From: an uncultured delta proteobacterium
Lineage (GTDB): Bacteria; Myxococcota; Myxococcia; Myxococcales; Myxococcaceae
DNA: 64,000 nt
Assembly (NCBI GenBank): GCA_963745475.1
Contig: CAVUXN010000004.1
Span: 64,001 to 128,000, forward strand
Direction: 5' to 3'
Within the stretch, counting starts at the first letter, position 1. Each line of letters starts with the position of its first letter. This document shows, one piece after another, positions 60,091 to 64,000 of the stretch. A model generated the notes under the pieces. The model worked only from the letters and a program-made list of their open reading frames with translations, did no database searches and was not told where the DNA came from. The position numbers and the translations under genes are program-made.

Positions 60091-60138
60091 CTAATGTTCC
60101 CTATAGCATCCTTAATGTAGAACTAAAGGTCCTTATGA
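60091..60138. promoter_or_regulatory. Phased direct repeats in the divergent AT-rich promoter
   Basis: CTAATG 60091, CTATAG 60101, TTAATG 60112, CTAAAG 60123, TTATGA 60133 (10-11 bp period). Confidence 0.55.
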
Positions 60139-60169
60139 GGCTCATGGTTGCGGCCCACATGGAGACGAG

Positions 60170-61108
60170 GTGAAGCGCTCCCGAGGCCCGACTTCGGCGG
60201 GTGGCGCGGCCGCCCGTGCTGCATCTGAGGAGGAGACGCGCCAAGTCTCGGGGCTCCTCACCACCGCCGAGGTAGCGGACGTGCTCCGCGTGCACCCCAA
60301 ACACGTCTACCGTCTGTTGAAGAAGGGCCTTCCAGCGCGGCGGGTGGGGGCCGAATGGCGCTTCGACCGCGAGGACGTTCTCGTCTGGTCGGGGGGGAGT
60401 CCGGCCAGGCGAGGCGCACTCGGCCCGGTAACGCCCTCAAGTTCGGCCCCGCCGGCTTTCATCGCCGGCAACGGAGACCTCGCACTCATGTGTCTGCTTC
60501 GACTGAGTGCTGAGCGCGGACCGCCGCTCCTCGGCTTTGTTCAGGCAGACCGCGGTTCGAGCATCGAGCTACTGGCTCAAGGAGCCGTCATCGCGGCCGG
60601 GGCGCACGCCGGAGGCTTTCCCAGCCACGTCGGAACGGAGCGGGCGGCGCGAATTCATCTCGTCAAACGTGAAATCGGACTGCTCCATAGGAAAGGGGTA
60701 CAGCCTGTGCGCCTTGAGAACCTTTCCGGCAAGGCGCTGGCCTCCCGCCCACTCTCGGCGGGGGTGCGCGTACACCTCGACGCGGCTCTCCGTGCGGCAC
60801 GGGTCGACCCTGAGCTCGCTCACCAAGGTGCGCTGCTTTTGCCTTCCCATCTCGAGGTCGTTTTGGCTGTCGTTTCGGGTCGGGCCGAGGTTGGTCTCGC
60901 ATCCCGCGCTTGGGGCGAACGCGCCGGTCTTGCCTTTCAACCGTTGGCGATAGAGTCCTACGGGCTCATCGTCAAGGCATCCGACCTGGGCGACGTTCAC
61001 GTTGTGCGCATGTGCGAGCTCGCCCAAGGCGATGCCTTTCGAGCCGAGGTCGGTGGGATTCCAGGTTATGACGTGCGCGGCGCTGGAGACATCCGTTACG
61101 ACGGTTAG
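60170..61108 (+). CDS. Transcriptional regulator: excisionase-like HTH plus periplasmic-binding-fold (molybdate-type) domain
   Basis: LLTTAEVADVLRVHPKHVYRL...LPA.RVG..WRF, then PBP-like SHLEV..AV.SGRAEVG, F.PL..ESY. Confidence 0.82.
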   Translation: MKRSRGPTSAGGAAARAASEEETRQVSGLLTTAEVADVLRVHPKHVYRLLKKGLPARRVGAEWRFDREDVLVWSGGSPARRGALGPVTPSSSAPPAFIAGNGDLALMCLLRLSAERGPPLLGFVQADRGSSIELLAQGAVIAAGAHAGGFPSHVGTERAARIHLVKREIGLLHRKGVQPVRLENLSGKALASRPLSAGVRVHLDAALRAARVDPELAHQGALLLPSHLEVVLAVVSGRAEVGLASRAWGERAGLAFQPLAIESYGLIVKASDLGDVHVVRMCELAQGDAFRAEVGGIPGYDVRGAGDIRYDG

Positions 61109-61257
61109 CTCTTGGTGACCGGAGGGCAGCCACGGGTGCTGCTCAGAAGACGGTTTTACGTACTCCAGAGCCGCGCGACTTCCAATGCAGCCTCGGCAAC
61201 GCCCAAAGAACGGGCGGAACCAGCGCCGGTAGCCGGAATGACGGATGCACGAAGTGG

Positions 61258-62058
61258 CTACGGCTGGTTCGTCGAGGAGTGCTGTGGCGCGGAGAGCAAA
61301 ACCGGCGTCGACCCAGCACCGGACCCAAGAACGACCGTTTTGGCGTTACCCGACGCCGCGAGTTTTTCCAGCTGAAGAATGCGCTCGAATTCCAGGATGG
61401 GGGGCGTGAGGCTCTTTGCAACCGTGCGGTTGTAGTCCGCGATTCCCTCGGCCTCCACCCGCCGTTGGTCGGCGGTGGCCTTCGCAATCTTCAACTCGTA
61501 CTCCATCTTCAGGACTTCCTGCTCCGCGGCCAGCTTCTGGTCGATGGCGGTGCGAATGGCCGGCGGCAACTCGACGTTGCGGATGAGGACGGCCTCAATG
61601 ATGAGGTGCTTGCCGGCCGTTCTGCTCACCAGCTGTTCTCGGATTTCGCGCTCCACGACGTCCCGTTTCGTCGAGTAAATCTCCTCGGGAGAGTAACGGC
61701 CCACCACGCGGCGCGCGTCCGAGCGCAACAGGGGCTCGAGAATGACGTTGTAGTAGTCCGGACCAATCTCCTCTTGAAGGGCCACCACCTGGTCCGGCGC
61801 AATGCGGTAGCGAACCGTGGCCGCTAGGTTGAGGGACAGCCCGTTGGCGGCGATGACGTTGAGCGTCTCGTCGTTGCTCATCACGCGCATGTCGTAGACG
61901 TACATGTGGTTGGCAAACCAGACGGAGTACTGCCCCTCCCCGTAACTGTTGGGCTGCGTGCCCCCGTTGGCCTTCCAAAGCACACCGGCCGAGCCCGGCC
62001 CGACGGTGACACAGCTCGACAGTAACAAGAGGGCAACGACGAGAGCGAAGCGACTCAT
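61258..62058 (-). CDS. SPFH/prohibitin (band 7) family lipoprotein
   Basis: Lipobox LSSC, V.PG.AGV, YS.EEIYSTKR, LP..I..AI..K..AEQ, EAEGIA. Confidence 0.88.
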   Translation of the reverse strand: MSRFALVVALLLLSSCVTVGPGSAGVLWKANGGTQPNSYGEGQYSVWFANHMYVYDMRVMSNDETLNVIAANGLSLNLAATVRYRIAPDQVVALQEEIGPDYYNVILEPLLRSDARRVVGRYSPEEIYSTKRDVVEREIREQLVSRTAGKHLIIEAVLIRNVELPPAIRTAIDQKLAAEQEVLKMEYELKIAKATADQRRVEAEGIADYNRTVAKSLTPPILEFERILQLEKLAASGNAKTVVLGSGAGSTPVLLSAPQHSSTNQP

Positions 62059-62888
62059 GGTGACACCTCCAAGACCGCGGGCGCACCGGCGGCCTCGACG
62101 ACAACGGACGATGAAGGGGCTCGCAGCAATCCATCCCAGGCCCGACGCCGTCGGTCCTCGAGCGTCTGCGGCGACAGCGAGGGAGCGATGGCCTCGAGTT
62201 GGTCGGCCAGGCCGCGCGCCTCTTCCAGCCGCGCGTCGGCTTTCTTGTGGGCAATTTCGAGGTCGCGGGGGGCAGTCAATAGCTTCTGCTCGAGCACCAG
62301 TGCGCGTCCAACCTGCATCTGCGCGAGCGGGGCCACCACCTGCAGCGTGCGCAGGTCCACCGACTCGAGAAGAACGTGGTAGGGCCGCAGCCGTGCCGCC
62401 GCGCGGCGCGTAATCTCCGCCTGCGCAATGAGGATGTGGTCCGAATCGAGCTCGTCGGCCGGGAGTCCGCCGACCACCAGCCGCACCGCAGCCTCGGCCT
62501 CAGGCCGGACAAGGACTTGGCCATAGTCCGGGCCTGTCTCGCGGGCCAAGGCCACCAACTCCTCCGGGACAATTCGGTAGGTCACCACCGAGGCCGACGC
62601 CTTCACCAGGCCCCCGTCGGACGTCAACGCGTTGAAGCGGACGGTGAGCTGCTGTTGGCGAAGGTCATACAACGTCACTGCGCCGAACCATGGGATGGAG
62701 GACACGCCTTCGGTCAGCGGTTCCGGCCGAACACCCGAGGGGCCGAGGACGACCGCGCCGTGTCCGGGAGGGACGGTCGCGCAACCCAAGGCGGCGACCG
62801 TCAACAGCTGCGCCAGCCCCCGCGGAGAGACCCGTCCGGCCCACGAGTGAAACGAGCTCCAGCGAAAAACGCAAAGCAGCACGACCAA
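62055..62888 (-). CDS. Second, more divergent SPFH family protein (start uncertain)
   Basis: Lipobox-like ALGC, VPPGH.AV, L.EG..PW...YDLR, GPDY. Confidence 0.78.
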   Translation of the reverse strand: MVVLLCVFRWSSFHSWAGRVSPRGLAQLLTVAALGCATVPPGHGAVVLGPSGVRPEPLTEGVSSIPWFGAVTLYDLRQQQLTVRFNALTSDGGLVKASASVVTYRIVPEELVALARETGPDYGQVLVRPEAEAAVRLVVGGLPADELDSDHILIAQAEITRRAAARLRPYHVLLESVDLRTLQVVAPLAQMQVGRALVLEQKLLTAPRDLEIAHKKADARLEEARGLADQLEAIAPSLSPQTLEDRRRRAWDGLLRAPSSSVVVEAAGAPAVLEVSP

Positions 62889-62892
62889 CCTC

Positions 62893-64000
62893 TCAAGCGT
62901 GGCGCGGCACCACTGAACTGGCAGCGGACGGGACGTCCTCCTCGGCCGGGGCTTCCCTTCGCGCCAAAAGCATGAACATGACGGGGACCAAGAAGAGTGA
63001 CAGCAGCGTGGAGGAGGTCAGCCCGCCGCAGACCGCCAACGCCAAGGGTTGGTTGGATTCGGTCCCCGCTTCCAGGCCCAGCGCGGTGGGCACGAGCCCG
63101 ATGACCGTCGCCAGGCTGGTCATCGCAATCGGGACGAAGCGCGACCTCGCTGCCGCAACGACAGCCTCCAGCTTCTCCGCGCCTTCGCTCGAGTACCGCC
63201 GGTTGGCATCGTCGACCAGGAGGATGCCGTTGGACACGGCTATTCCCACCACCATCAGCACCCCCATCAACGCCGTAATCGAAAAGCCCTGCCCTGCGGC
63301 CAACAGCGCCATGACAATTCCCACCAGCGACACTGGAATGGTGAAGAGCATGACGAAGGGAAGACGCAGGGACTTGAATTGCGCGGCCATAATCATGAAG
63401 ACCACCATCACCGCGAGCGTGATGGCCATCCCCAGCCCGGAGAAGGTTTTCCGCATCAGCTGGACCTGGCCGACGTAGCTGAAGTCGAGACTCCGCGTCT
63501 TGACGTCCTGATGCAGCCTCTGCTCCAGCTCGGCCGCGACAGTCCCGATGTCCCGCCCTTCGGTTTGCATCAGGATGTGCGCGGCGCGCTGCAGCTGGTT
63601 CCGCTCGATGGCCACCGGTCCTACGGAGCGGCGGATGGTGCCGTACGTCCCGAGCGTCACCGGGGTCCCGTCCGGGCTAATGCGCACCGGGACTTGGGCC
63701 AGTGCGTTCGGGTCCGGGACGTCGCTACCCGCGTAATAGGTGACCACGTAGTAGGACTGGCCATTGTTGGGGTCAATCCATACGCTCGGAGTGTTGATGT
63801 TGCCCAGGGTCGCCTCGAGTGTCGTTTGCGCCATGGCACGCGCGCTGACACCGACCATCCCCGCCTCGTCGCGCTTCGTCTCGACGCGGACCTCGGGGTA
63901 GTCGTTCTGAAGACTGACTCGGACGTCTCGAACGCCGGACACCGTCTGCGCCACCCTCGCGACTTCCTTGGCATCGCTCTCCAGCTGGGCCAGGTTGTCG
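62893..64000 (-). CDS. RND efflux permease (5' part outside the window)
   Basis: AAQFKSLRLP, GIAVSNGILLVD, RFVPIAMTSLA, QPLA.AV.GGL. Confidence 0.92.
   Translation of the reverse strand, partial: DNLAQLESDAKEVARVAQTVSGVRDVRVSLQNDYPEVRVETKRDEAGMVGVSARAMAQTTLEATLGNINTPSVWIDPNNGQSYYVVTYYAGSDVPDPNALAQVPVRISPDGTPVTLGTYGTIRRSVGPVAIERNQLQRAAHILMQTEGRDIGTVAAELEQRLHQDVKTRSLDFSYVGQVQLMRKTFSGLGMAITLAVMVVFMIMAAQFKSLRLPFVMLFTIPVSLVGIVMALLAAGQGFSITALMGVLMVVGIAVSNGILLVDDANRRYSSEGAEKLEAVVAAARSRFVPIAMTSLATVIGLVPTALGLEAGTESNQPLALAVCGGLTSSTLLSLFLVPVMFMLLARREAPAEEDVPSAASSVVPRHA

Noticed and set aside
60170..60400. Excisionase as a prophage remnant
   Set aside because: The HTH is fused to a PBP-type sensor domain and there are no phage genes nearby.

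Overview
GC-rich chromosomal window, most consistent with a myxobacterium (Myxococcota; inferred from gene content and protein style). No CRISPR array, rRNA or mobile element was seen. From left to right: a PHA-mobilisation cluster (3-hydroxybutyrate dehydrogenase, Liv-type ABC importer, CoA-transferase, phasin-like protein, phaR, phaZ); MarR/TolC/MacAB-type efflux; two convergent desaturases; rsmE and pepP; a metY-metX-thrA-ssuACB operon; yqgE-bolA-grxD; an ECF sigma/redox module; an interrupted tig-clpP-clpX-lon cluster with tRNA-Leu; cbrXAB with an acs-like gene and an MFS gene; a molybdate-related cluster; two SPFH genes and a partial RND pump. Three signals missed by the ORF track stand out. 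(1) A 35-codon near-leaderless Met/Cys-rich leader peptide with alternative RNA pairings precedes the Met/sulfonate operon. (2) An ECF sigma fused to a zinc-finger anti-sigma-like domain has four local copies of a CGAAYC-N15/16-GGCTCTSA promoter motif in front of OsmC, a Cys-rich microprotein, DUF302 and DUF2892. (3) A CbrX-CbrA-CbrB-like system sits beside two matched sigma54 promoters, each with a GTTAC-N5-GTARC site ~90 bp upstream, driving a catalytically degenerate acetyl-CoA-synthetase homolog and an MFS transporter. Several single-base frameshifts (livG, pepP, metX, lon) are probably sequencing errors. All family calls are by motif recognition, not database search.
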